Origin: Vicugna vicugna
Taxonomy: Eukaryota
NCBI GenBank assembly: GCA_013265495.1
Contig: MU058636.1
Span: 5,677,741-5,741,740, forward strand
Length of the DNA: 64,000 nt
Direction: 5' to 3'
The position numbers were made by a program, and so were the translations under genes. Of this stretch, positions 52,340 to 64,000 are shown in pieces; the stretch's first letter is position 1, and every line of letters begins with the position of its first letter. The notes below the pieces were generated by a model that made no database searches, was not told where the DNA came from, and saw nothing but the letters and a program-made list of their open reading frames with translations.

Positions 52340-54000
52340 CTTCTTCCAGTCATGACAGAGTTACTGCTACCAGATTTGTTCTGTGGCGTAGCATAAAACT
52401 GAAAAAAAAAGATATATGAAGTTTTCCACAGTTGAGCAGCAAGCAATCCTTGAGATGAGGAAATATGAGATAAGCCCCCTGTTTCCTGAGGGGGGCAAGC
52501 TCTGGACCAAAGTGCAGGGAGGTGGAGTACAGGCAGCGCACAGTGATTTTGCTGAGCTGTGGAGGCTAAGACAAGGTTCAGGACTACTGGAGCATCTGGA
52601 GCTCTGAGGGCTGGGTCCTAGAAAGAAGAGATCTGAGGAGAGCAGGGACCTTAGGAACCTGTGAATGTGTTTTCACTGAATTCTTGGTTGAAGACCAAGT
52701 TATTCATTCAGAAGGGGTAATTCTGTGAGTCTTTAAAGAGAATGATTGCTTCGGGGCTGAGAGCAGAACAAGAGATATTAGAAGTTACATAAACCTGGAA
52801 GACAGAATTCTGTCCCAGTTAGACTTTTAGACATCTCTGAGAACCCTGCACATTTAGTTCAGTCCCCCTAAAGCACCACACCCTATGAGCAAAGACCACA
52901 CCCCAGATAAAAGCCATACCCTAGGACTGAAGACAAAACTGGACTAGACCAGCCCTGACAAAGAACCAAACCAACTTTGACAGGACAGAAAGGATTCCAA
53001 GTTATTTTTTAATCATTTGCCAAACAAACAGCTATGCAGTAAAGGTCATAAATATTGCAATTAAGTGAAAAAGAAAGAAAGAAAAACCATAAAGATGGAA
53101 AATGTAGAAGTAAAACTGTGTTTTGAAGATGACATGATTATGCAGAGAATCCTAGTCAATCTATAAAAAAGCTACTAGAAGTAACAAGTTAATTTAGCAT
53201 GGTTCCAGAATACAAGGCCACAATACAAAAAGCAACTTTATTTCTATATTCTAGCAGCAAAACAGCTTGGAATGAAATTTAAAATGGATTTTAAAAAGCC
53301 TAATTAAAACATTTAAAAGTTGGCTCATGAAAGACATTGTTAAGTACATGAAAAGGCAAGCTGCAGACTGGGAGAAAATACTTGTTTTATGAACACATAC
53401 ACCACACGTAATGTATTTATAATAAGAAAACAAATAAATCAATTAAAAAATGGGCCAAAGACTTGGAAAGATGCTTCACATTAGAAGATGTAAGAATAGT
53501 CAATGAGCTCATGAAAAGATGGCCAACATCATTCCTTATCAGGGAAATGCAACTGAATACATCAATATAGTACTTCACGCTGACTAGAATGGCTAAAATT
53601 TTTAAAAGTCTCATGTACCAACTGTTGGAGAGGATGTAGAATAACTAGAGCTCATAACCATTCTGGCAAAGTTTGGCAGTCTTTTATGTATGTATATGTG
53701 TGTATATATATATATACACAGTGGAATATATATGTGCGTGCATGTGTGTGTGTATACCACACACACATCAACCAGCAAACCCACTCCTAGAAATGAAAAT
53801 GTATGCTTACATAAAGACATATTAGAGAATGTTCATAGTAGCTTTTTAAAAATAACAATCACAAACTAGAAACAAGGCAAACAACCCACACTAGAAATAA
53901 CATAAATGTCTTTCAACAAAATGGAGAAACAACTTGTGGTGTATTCATACAATGGAGTGCTAATCAGTAACAAAACCAGTGAGCTACTGATGCATGGCAG
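52340..54000 (+). mobile_element. Old L1M fragments (5' region, ORF2, 3' end)
   Basis: gaagtaaaactg...gatgacatgatt, aatacaaggccacaatacaaaa, gaaaaggcaagctgcagactgggagaaaata, atcagggaaatgcaa, gaatgttcatagtagc. Confidence 0.75.
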
Positions 54001-54400
54001 TTTGTAAATGCTTGTGAAACAACCTTCTTTTCCTTCAAGACCTGGCTCCAGTGTCTGCTACCCTGGGAGCGATCTTTGAGGTCTGTGGCTTCACTGCAGG
54101 CAGAGTGAGGTGCCGTCTCTCCTGTTACTCAGTGGTTGTATCTTACGTATGCTCATCTGTATCGCTGTGCTTAAAACAGCATTGTGAATACTTGTTTTCT
54201 TTCCCATCTATCTTATCAGACTGAGAACCCCTTGAAGTCAGTGATGGTCTTACCCATCCCTGAATCCCCAACATCCTGCCCAGCACTGGACACAATGTGT
54301 ATATATATATTTCAATAAATATTTGTGAAACAATTCAGGGACACCACAGATGTACCTTTTATTTCCTTTGAGTCTCCTGAGGCCAGTACAATAGGGATTC

Positions 54401-54470
54401 TATTACTATTATTATTATTATTATTATTATTTTATTATTCTTTAATAATTTAATAATAATAAAATAATAA
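54401..54470. repeat. (ATT)n/(AAT)n opposed microsatellite forming an AT-rich palindrome
   Basis: ttattattttattatt (54424-54439) is the exact reverse complement of aataataaaataataa (54455-54470). Confidence 0.85.
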
Positions 54471-57400
54471 ATGAATCTCATTACTTGGGTGTTAGTAACT
54501 AGAAAGCTGGATTGGGTTTCTATCCCAATATTTGTTTTTATCACCAACAGTTTGGCCAGATCAGTTACAGACAATTTAGTTTAATCCCTGTCAACTTGTC
54601 CAAGGTCATACAACTAGTCTGATGTCAGAGTTGGGACCTGGGTTACTGACTGTTCTTCCAACCTCACAGGAGCAAGTGTGGTGTGTCAGAATGCCTGCAA
54701 GGGGGTGTCATCCTGTTTGGCCGGGCCACGTTGGCAGCAGTGGGAGGTATGTTGGGCAGTGCCATCCTGAGGACAGTTGCTGTGCTGTTGCTTCCTGAAT
54801 GCAGCCTGGTCCTTGCCCTTTGAGGGGCATAGCAGAACTCTTTTTCTGAGAGCTGAGTAGGGGCAAGGCCAGACACAGGCGTGAGCGGAGGACAGATGGG
54901 GTGTGGGTGGGCATTTTTGCCTCTTCATGCTTGAGAGGGCAGTAAGAAATTATCTTCCTAGAGATAAAGGCATGGACAGAAACCAAATCTGTCCTTAGCT
55001 ACAACTATAACCTTAGCAATAATCTAAAATATATTCTAAACTTGGGCGTAGGAAATTGATAATAGTGTCTAAGAACAAACACATTAAGTAATTGTAATAA
55101 TGTTACTGGTTAGAAGGTAACTTCATTTACCTAATGCTACCAGAAGAATACTTAAATGTATATTCCACTCATAATCATTAAGAACATTCCATTTAAAATA
55201 ATTCTTTTCTGATTTGACCTTATATATTGCTTCTTGTAGAATGTAAACAAGAAAATATTACACAGAATGCTCTTGGCATTGTCTATGGATAGACTGTACT
55301 TATTCAGGGAACATCCAGTATCAGATGTGATAATACCAAAGATAGAGGAGGAGGAGAATGGAATGAATGGGGGGAGATTTTTTAAGGGTAGAAGTCAAAC
55401 TGCCTAATATTTTCATCCTCTCCGCTAAACAGATCTTGTCTTCCTTCAGTACCCCAAGCTTCACCCCATCTTCCAATCTATTCTCTCTTGCTGATCTTTA
55501 GCAGCATGTGAATCTGATGAAAGAAAGGCAATAAAGCGTGAATGACCAATGAGTAGGCTTAACCTCCGGTATTTGAGAAAGCACTTGGTGTAATCTAAAG
55601 CCAAATAAAGCTGTCGTCACTTCCCTCTCAAAAGAGGAGCTGTTGATCCAAGTGGCTCTCTAATTTTGGAATGTGTAGGGAAGTATTTTCTATCAGTAGG
55701 ATCATATAATCTCCCTGGCCAACTCTACAAAGTCATCTAAGAAACATGTTAACTCACGCTCCATTCTTATCTTTACAAGCAGTACTGTATGCCACCAGGC
55801 TGAATGTTATCATACTTGAAGAAAGAGTATGAATTAGTCCAGTGCATATCCCAACTTGAAAATGGCAAGTCTAGAATATGGAGACTCGCCTGTATTTGAG
55901 TTCCTGTTGAGAAGCCTACACTTTCGATTATACGTTTTCTGTCTGTAAATTACTAGACTGACCCTCCACTGGGTCAAAAAAAAAAAAAAATCTTGGCCAC
56001 TAGCGCCAAAGGATCAATAAACTTTGAGTAATATAATTACAAAATTGGTTCTAAAAAAGGAAAATAGAATAAACCTGCTTCAAATTTCATCCAACATTCT
56101 TCCTCTCTCTATTTTGACAATTATTAAACATTGTAATATTTCATTGTACTTTTCTGCTTAAATCTAGACAGTGCCAATTTGGCATTTATTTTTCCACATG
56201 CAATTATTTTTTGAATGACCACAAAGCACATTCTACAGTGTAAATCAGCCTAGATTTATTCTGCATAATTTTAGGTTATTTCTAAGACAATGTTTTTTCA
56301 GTTTAATAGGGTAATGAGTTTAAATGAATACACCTTTTCCTATCCTTGGAGTCACACACACACACTTCCAATGTTTTCCTTTCATTTATTCCAGAAATTA
56401 AACTAGAGATGCCTCTTCTTTATTCTTTCTCCTTTGTACATAGCACTAATAAATTTGTTCATTAATAAATAGCCCAGTTGCTTTTCTTCCAGCCATTTTT
56501 CCCCTCCAGACCAAAGTTGCTTCTGAGCAACTTTAAAGTTCAAGTATTAAGAATGAGTCAGAATGAGTCCTTTCTCTTTTACTCAGAATTATATTAAAAT
56601 GAACCTGTTCTAATTGGGATTAAGGTAGTTAACTTCAGCTTCAGTCAACAGGAGCCTCACATAACGTGGGTAAATTTGGCATAGCTCAACCAATTCTGTG
56701 TGCAGAAGGGGCAGCTTAAAGAGTATTGATTTTTGTTGTTGTTGTTGTTGTTGATCAGTTTCTGACAGTGGTTTGAGTAGAGGACTCAAATAGGAAGGCT
56801 AAGAAGAAAGTACCCCTTCTCACTATGATACCCACCCTGCACCTCCACGACAAATCATCAGGCAGGTATGACCAACATGACTGAACTTTCATCTCTCAGC
56901 CCTGGAGGGGCACTCCATTATGGGGGATGCACAGAGGTTTTTGAATCAGATGGACTGAGTTCAAATTCCAGCTCAGTCTCCTGCTTGCTTCTGATGTTAT
57001 CAAAGCTGCGTAACTCAGCCAGATACCCATCTCTGAGTTTCGGTTTCTGTAGAGTGAAGGTGGAAATAACTGCTGTGGTAGTGAGGCTTCCATGAGGGGT
57101 TTTCTTGGTGACGACAGTCTGTACATGCCAGCTGCTGCGTGATTATGATTACTGTGGGGCTCTTTCAAAAGAGGCTCACCAGCAGCTTCTTAGACTTGTT
57201 GAGCTGAAGACTCCCTGTGAAGGCAGGAGCCTGGGTTTAAGTGGTCTAAACAGACAGTTCCACTTCTGGCACACCTTGGTTTGCGGGCTAGATCCGCAAG
57301 TTGACTCCTTCTCCAGTTCAGGCTACCACGACCGATGGCCAAACACCGTGTAAAGCAGAGTTTGGAAGTACAGGGTTCACTTCTAATTACACTTCAGTGG

Positions 57401-59757
57401 TAAAACAATAGCAAAGTTGGTTCATTAGTAAATTAATACAGAGTCAACTTTTTCAACTTTCCTGAGGTATAAGTGACATAAAAGTATAAATAATGAACAT
57501 TTTAACTGAAAGTTGCTGGGCACTATTATTTCAGATGTTCTGAAAGAAGGGTATAGGTGTGTATCTATTTAACCTAAGAACAAAATTGCTAACTGCTGCT
57601 CTAAAATGTCTTATTTGGAAGTGAAAACAATGCTACCAGTCAGAAGTTTTTGTATGTTCTAGCTTGTTTGTTAGAGATTTCTGGACTGAGCCAAATTTGT
57701 GGTTTGGCCTGAACATAAATATGCTAATAGTTCATGATAATTTTTATTGGACTTTCACTTTGTCAAAGTCTGGAAACTAACAAGCATGTGTTCTAGGGGA
57801 ACACTATAGTTTCTATGTTAAATCTACTTTAAATTGCTTAAGTGACATATGTGAGAATTATGGATGACACTGATGGCATTCTTTGTTATAAGCATATGCC
57901 CTATAAGCTGGTGACTTCATATGGGTAAGAATATAACACAAACAGAAAAGAAATACTGCTGAGTTTTAACATCATTTTTTGAACTCTCAAGAGCCAAGGA
58001 ATTGTTGGGCAAAAAATCAATAATGTCTCATTGCCTCTCTCCCTGGCCCCATTCTTTCAGAAACACTATCTTATGTTGTAAATCTTTAATTTGCTTCTAA
58101 TGTGAAAGAATCTCAGAAAGCTTGCAAAGTCTTTAGATAAGTAATACAAGCTCAGTGTCATTTCGTTTATCCACATAAAAGAAATTAAATGCATGTCAAA
58201 GGCATGAAAGTCTTTTATTGAATCAGATATAACTTACATTATATCTTCCAACAGTCCTTGTTCTTCTTTCATGCTTACATAATTTCTGTATATTTGCAAG
58301 TCTTCAAGCTTGCTTTTATTATCTGCTTCTCACAGCTGCCCACTGGGGAGGACTGAGTAGCTTGCTTTAGAAACAAGGTGCCGGAGGAATAGAAAGATGA
58401 AGTGAGTTTCCCAGAGTGACCCAGCAGAGAAGTCACTGATCCAGATGGTGGATTCCTGGTCCATTGGTCCCTCACTCATTAGCCACTATGTCCCACATCC
58501 TCTCATTTCTTCACATCCTCGAAGCTTCTTACTCTCTGCTTATTTTAATGAGGCCCATGAGACATCCCTTTGTTTGGCTTTCATGTACCGTTCCTCCCAC
58601 TCCACCACTTTCCTGGCCCCTAGGAATGATTTACTCTAAACCTCGGGAAGAGTCAATTTGCTGATACGTATTCCAAACCGGCCTGCTACAGCCACTGAGT
58701 ATTGCTTTTCCCTTCAGAGGTGTGAATTATGTAGCTTCCCTACAGAGATTTAACATACTGGTTTCCAAGATGCAGTCCTAGGTTCTGAACAGCATTTCTA
58801 CATATCCGTCATGACCTTTACCCTCTTTGACTTACTAATAGAGTCTTATCCAAGGATAAAGTGTGGGAAATATTAAGTAAATAAAAATGAAGAATTTTTG
58901 TAAACACCCAAGTCTGTGGAATTTTATCTTGTTCTTCACAGTACAAGATATGCTCTAGCCTGTATGACTACCTGCTGAAACGCATGTTTTCCTGTACATA
59001 TTCTGTTCTAAGAATCTGTGAGTCCCTGGTCCTAATCTTTCTTCACCTTTTTTCATCACTTCCTTGCCTATAATATGGTAGATGCAAGCAAGGAATTTCT
59101 TTTCTAACACCTCTCCCGTTCTTGTCCTACTGTTTTAGATAGTATAATGCCAGACTTGAGGTAGAAAGATTTAGATCTTCTTAGGCAAAACTGAACTCAG
59201 TTGGTATTCATTGTGAGTCCTTTTGAGATATAAACCTGCATCATTTAAAAAGGGTGTTTCAGTCTTTGTAATTAGATGCCAAGTCCCTGTTGTCATCCCA
59301 GTGTGTGCAGTATATTGGTGGAAATGATCAGTAGTTGGTCCAGTCTAGGACAGTGTTAAATAAATCTTGCTGATGCTTTGAGCTTGGAGCTGCACTCTTT
59401 TGGTAGTCTCTTTCTTACAGAGCAATCCTTGGCCAGCATAAGCAATAGGGATTTATAATAAATACCACATGATGATCCCAAATGCATCACCCTCCTATTA
59501 AGGGAATGCCAGGTAACGTCCATCTATGCAAAGCCGTTTATTGAGTTCTCAAAATAGCCAGGAATTATGCGAAATTAAAACCACAATTATCTCAAATGTT
59601 TGTAAAATCAGGTAGATATTAAACAATTTGATTTTAGCTTTCTTTTCTAAAAGCACCTAGAATATCCTTTGTGTTCTTATATTGGTAGATAGTGTATAAA
59701 AGATATTTTATCTTGTTAGTGACTGAGGAAGTGCTAGCATTTCACATCATAATGCTG

Positions 59758-60528
59758 ACTCTGGAATTGTTCCTGCATATTGTACAAGATATGTGGATAC
59801 AGCTGTGAGCTTTGGACTAAAAAATGCTAAAGCTAGGACATGACCTGAACTACTTGTGTTTGCTTATTTGTTTTAATCAAATCTCAATGGCAGCTCTATT
59901 TGTTGCATTTTGATTAACTAAAGTTTTAGATTTCTAGAATAGAATGGCAATTAGGATGCTATAGGCTGCTAATTTATACTTCATTTCTTTAAATGTCTAT
60001 GTAAACATGAGCACTTTCAGTATTCAAAATGCCGTACTCAGAGATCAGGTTAAATTTGTTTTCATGACACCTGGTGAGCAGATAAAATCAATCTGTGGTA
60101 AAAATTATGCTTATGATAGTGGAAAGAAAGAATGCTGTCATGGTAACTCATTTTCACTAAATTTGAAGGAAAAAGAAATTCACCCATCACAAAAGTCTAA
60201 ATAGATATTATTAGGTAAAATAAATAGTCACAATAAAAATTCCTGATCACGGTGTTGCCTAAAGAAACCCATTCTTGTCATTATAATGAAATCATCACTA
60301 TTTTCATTTGCCAGCTTAGTTTACCAGATGGCACTCATTGATGCGGGTTGATTGCGATGCTGTCAATCTGTAACTAATGTATATAATCAACACCTGATAG
60401 GTAATTTACTTAAAGCCAAACAACACATGAGTTATTGGGGCTAGGCTGAGACCAACTCTTGAGCTCTTACACGGTCGCTTCTGGGTCAGTTCCATTGCTT
60501 GCTCACTCTGGAATTGTTCCTGCATATT
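59758..60528 (+). repeat. Pair of exact 24-bp direct repeats 747 bp apart
   Basis: actctggaattgttcctgcatatt at 59758-59781 and 60505-60528. Confidence 0.93.
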
Positions 60529-61520
60529 CTGATTTCAAGCTCTACTTTGACCAGCTATGTTATTTAGAACTTTGTGTATCAGCCTATGGCATCCTGTCAG
60601 AATTATATTTTGATATAAATTATGATATAACCATGAATAATATTTATGGTTATATTGGGTAGGCCAGCTTCCATTTCACTGTATCTGTATCCTATCTACA
60701 TATTTTATATCAACTGGGATCTATCTAGGAAGAAATTTTGCTCCAAAGTAGAAGTATTTTAAGTCCAGAAAATGGGTTGTAATCAAAGTGGGATCCAGGG
60801 CTTTTGTTGCTTTTATAGAAAAAAAAGATATTGGTAAAATAATCAGCAAATTTATCATTTCTCTTCACAGTATATATTTTTCAGCCTCACTACTTGTGGT
60901 TTTACTCTGCTAGGAAAATAGATTTTAAAGGGAACTAAATCTATCAGCTACCTACTTTTCTACAAGGATGAAATCTTGCTGTTTTCTTTGTATCAATCAT
61001 TGTCATAACATTCTGATTTTTAAATTTCTATTTAAGAGGCAATAAGCAAGGCATAATGTCTTTCAAGAGCATAGTGATCATTCACAGAACTGAATAATGA
61101 TCAATGAAATGATAAACCAAGACCTGAATAAGCATAGCATTAGTGCTGGAAAACGTCAACCCTGTCGCTTCAAAAGGGCAAAAGTGTCACTGGACCCAAG
61201 CTGGTATTTTTCATTTTGTATAAAGGACTTACCCTGAAATTCTCCAAAAGATTCATTTAATTCCTCTTAAGAGGTGTGTATTGAATTGTAAATGATATTA
61301 ATGATAAAACAGTGCTTAATAATGTCATCTATATTCAGCCGTGTCATTCATGTCATTCATTTAACCCTTCTGGGCATTTAGAAAATCCTTACCTTCTAAT
61401 TTCCTCTTGTCATCCAAATGGTGCCCAATGCTGTTTATGAAAGGATTTGATGGTTACCTTTAATCATATGATACCCTCTTTTTTTACGGCACATAAGCGG
61501 AAATTCTAAATGAATGCTAG
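60000..61520. promoter_or_regulatory. Candidate developmental enhancer block (TALE/HOX motif rich)
   Basis: No recognisable repeat; 11 TGTCA/TGACA cores, ATCAATCA (60992-60999), CTGTCAATC (60360-60368) and TTTACG (61483-61488). Motif-only evidence. Confidence 0.35.
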
Positions 61521-63379
61521 CAGATTCTTGTAAACAGAACCATAGATCACAGCCCACCTTCCTTATTCCTAAGATGGACTTAAGGTGTACCTAATACAAA
61601 GAAACAAAATATACTGGCATACATTATATATATATATTCAATATTTTTATGTATACTACTTAGTCATCCAGTTTAGTGGGTGTTAAATTGTGGAAAAGAT
61701 GAAAGAAAAAGTACAATCTTTGCTTAAATGTCCTTCATAGGACATTAAGCAGCCTCCTGTTTTGTGTTGAGCATTTCATGAATGATTGGCACAACTTTTA
61801 AAATGTAATCACCACAAGAGCAGCTAGAGGTTATTTGATTGCATCTTCAGAATAATGTTTAAAAGGGAAAAAAGCATATGTTATTACACACTTTCCTCTC
61901 AGGCTGGTTTTGAGTTTCACTATTCAACCATTTTATGTGAAAACCGCTTGCAGAATGGAAGAATTTAGCTTGGCGTACAAGGTCGTGCAGAAAGGGTGAT
62001 GCAATCTGGGAGCAGCACCCTGAGCCCTGCCTCTCAGCCCAAGGAGTGCTGGTAAACGAGCCGGCTTGGAGGAGAGCTCATTCTCCCTCCTGACCACCCT
62101 CTTGGGGCTCTCTATCTGAACTCTGTACAAGGGGCTTTCAGAAGGATCCAGAGATGACAACAAGACCACATTTGTTTGGAGCTTTCAGTTAAATGGATTT
62201 TTCAGATGGTCTAAACACTACTCCTTTGTCTATCAGAGGACAAAACTACTTTGATAATTTAATGATAGTTCTTAATAGATTGAGAAGAATTTTTGTTAAA
62301 AGATGGCCACCATATAAACATGGAGTGTTTAAATAACCTCATTTCCCTCTTACCTTATATCAGAAAGTTAGACTCCTAATGTACCTTATTCATGCTACAA
62401 CCTGATTTATGTCCCTGAGCCAAGAACTCTGAGTGGCATCAATCCGTAGCATCTGAAAGCTTTTGCCAGAGGCATGTCAGAACTCCTTTAAGGAACAAAT
62501 CACCCCATGAATTCCAGACTTACACAACATCAGTGACCTCACAGTTAAAGTATGCCTTAATGATCCAATGATAGAAGCTGTTCAGTAAATACATGGAATA
62601 TTTCTTATTGTTATCAATGGGCGTTTCCTAGAACTTATGAACTGTTTCCAAACCCATAGCCCCATAGTGTTTTCAAAGTTTAATTTACAAAAGAAAAGAT
62701 TTTGTATTCCAATTTTTTGTGGGGAGGGGAGGGGGCAGAACTTAGATTTGAATAGATACCTCAAAGCCCAGCTTGTGTCACTAAAATCGTTTCTCTAGGT
62801 CTAAAATCCTGAAAGGAAGCATTAGCGGTAGATCAACTCACCGCACTGCTTCTATGTTGGGCCGAAACTAAATCATCTAAATTACAGTTGCGTTTCCTTA
62901 AACACCACACACTCTTCTCCCTTTCTCCTATTTCTCTTTCACATGGTTGGACTGCCCCTCTGACTGAGAGAAATTGTTCACTGGCCCCCAGGGAAAGTAG
63001 CGTAGCTGCAAATGAAGGGTGGAGTGAGATGGTGAAACAGTGGGCACACTCTGTGTTGGCCTTCACTTCCCCCATGATTCCTGTGATTTCCCTTTGCCAG
63101 GGCCTGGTGGGTGGAAGATCTGCAGTGTGGGGCCGGGGATGGGCAGCTAGGTGCCAGCTCTCCCTTGGAGGTATTACCAAAAAGGGATGAGACATTTGAG
63201 ACACATTTTAAATTTTACCATAAATTATAAGACAAAAGAAAGAGGATCTGTACCTCAAAAATTGAGCCAAGTTCTTCTCTTTGCTTTAGAATTCTCCTCT
63301 GGGCTCGGAGAAATCTTTTACAGTGCACTCGCAAACTCTTCACTCCATGCACAGCATGTATGAAAGAACAGCACAACAG

Positions 63380-63565
63380 AGCAGAGCAGAGCACAGACCA
63401 TGGAGCCATCCTGCCCTGGTCCAAATCCTGACTCCTACCACGTACTGCTTTGTGTCCTTGGTTGCTTCTCTTACCAAATGAATGAAAATTAAATATCTAC
63501 CTCATAGAGATCGTTCCTCATAGTAAATACTCAATACATGGTGGTAAATATGACTATGATGAATG
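63380..63565 (+). mobile_element. MIR SINE fragment
   Basis: tggagccatcctgccctggtccaaatcctgactcctaccacgtactgctttgtgtccttgg...atctacctcatag...actcaata. Confidence 0.65.
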
Positions 63566-63714
63566 TTGTAGACCCTGACAGAGGCTTTCTCCTTAGTCCT
63601 GTATGCTAAAAAATGTGCGAAAGAGGATTCCTACTTAATTCTCCTGGAAAAGAAGACTTGGAGACTCAGCAACTTCTCTTGTCACTATTCTTGTTGAGAT
63701 GACATTTTGGATAA

Positions 63715-63844
63715 AGAAGTCACAAAATTCACCATCCAAACTAAGGTACTTTTGAGAGTGAAGTGAAATGTTAATCCAGTGGGACACCAGGGCAACAGGC
63801 ATAAACTGGGGGTCTCCCTGGAAAGCTGAGGGTTTGGCATCCTA
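63715..63844 (+). mobile_element. MER94-like hAT-Blackjack MITE
   Basis: catccaaactaaggtacttttgagagtgaa...caacaggcataaactggg...tggcatcccta follows the recalled MER94 layout. Confidence 0.7.
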
Positions 63845-64000
63845 ATTATGGGATTATTCAGGAAGCTGAGATCCTAAACCTTTCTGTTTCAAATTCTGAA
63901 ACACAGCTGGAGGGAAAGGCAGTAATTTTCTGAAAAATCTATTCTTCTCTTAAAGAAGGATAGGAAATAATTGTACCTGCTATTTTATCCAGAAACCCCA

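Noticed and set aside
62833..63204. 123-aa minus-strand ORF ending near a GTGAGT donor-like site
   Set aside because: No recognisable protein similarity and no partner exons; a non-coding exon cannot be excluded.

Overview
Non-coding mammalian genomic DNA, very probably from a camelid (camel/alpaca/llama): it carries a Vic-1-type tRNA-derived SINE and young lineage-specific L1s, and I saw no Alu, B1, Bov-tA, PRE-1 or Can-SINE. I found no protein-coding gene I can support. The recognisable ORFs in the track are degraded L1 ORF2 pieces, and the rest look like chance short ORFs. The window is intergenic or deep-intronic. It is a mosaic of old and young L1, L2, MIR, MaLR/ERV LTRs and hAT/Tc-Mar MITEs, separated by repeat-poor stretches that look like developmental enhancers. 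The best-supported observations are structural: (1) a 298-bp perfectly identical tract shared by two otherwise ~6% diverged, inverted L1 copies 20 kb apart (gene conversion or assembly artefact); (2) a twin-primed, 5'-inverted L1 with a 17-bp TSD; (3) a ~100-bp near-perfect hairpin at 30.1 kb; (4) a 24-bp exact direct repeat bracketing a TALE-homeodomain-motif-rich block; (5) a templated-insertion scar inside an L1. I cannot claim a new biological system. Repeat family names come from recalled consensus motifs, not a database search, and boundaries of old repeats are approximate.
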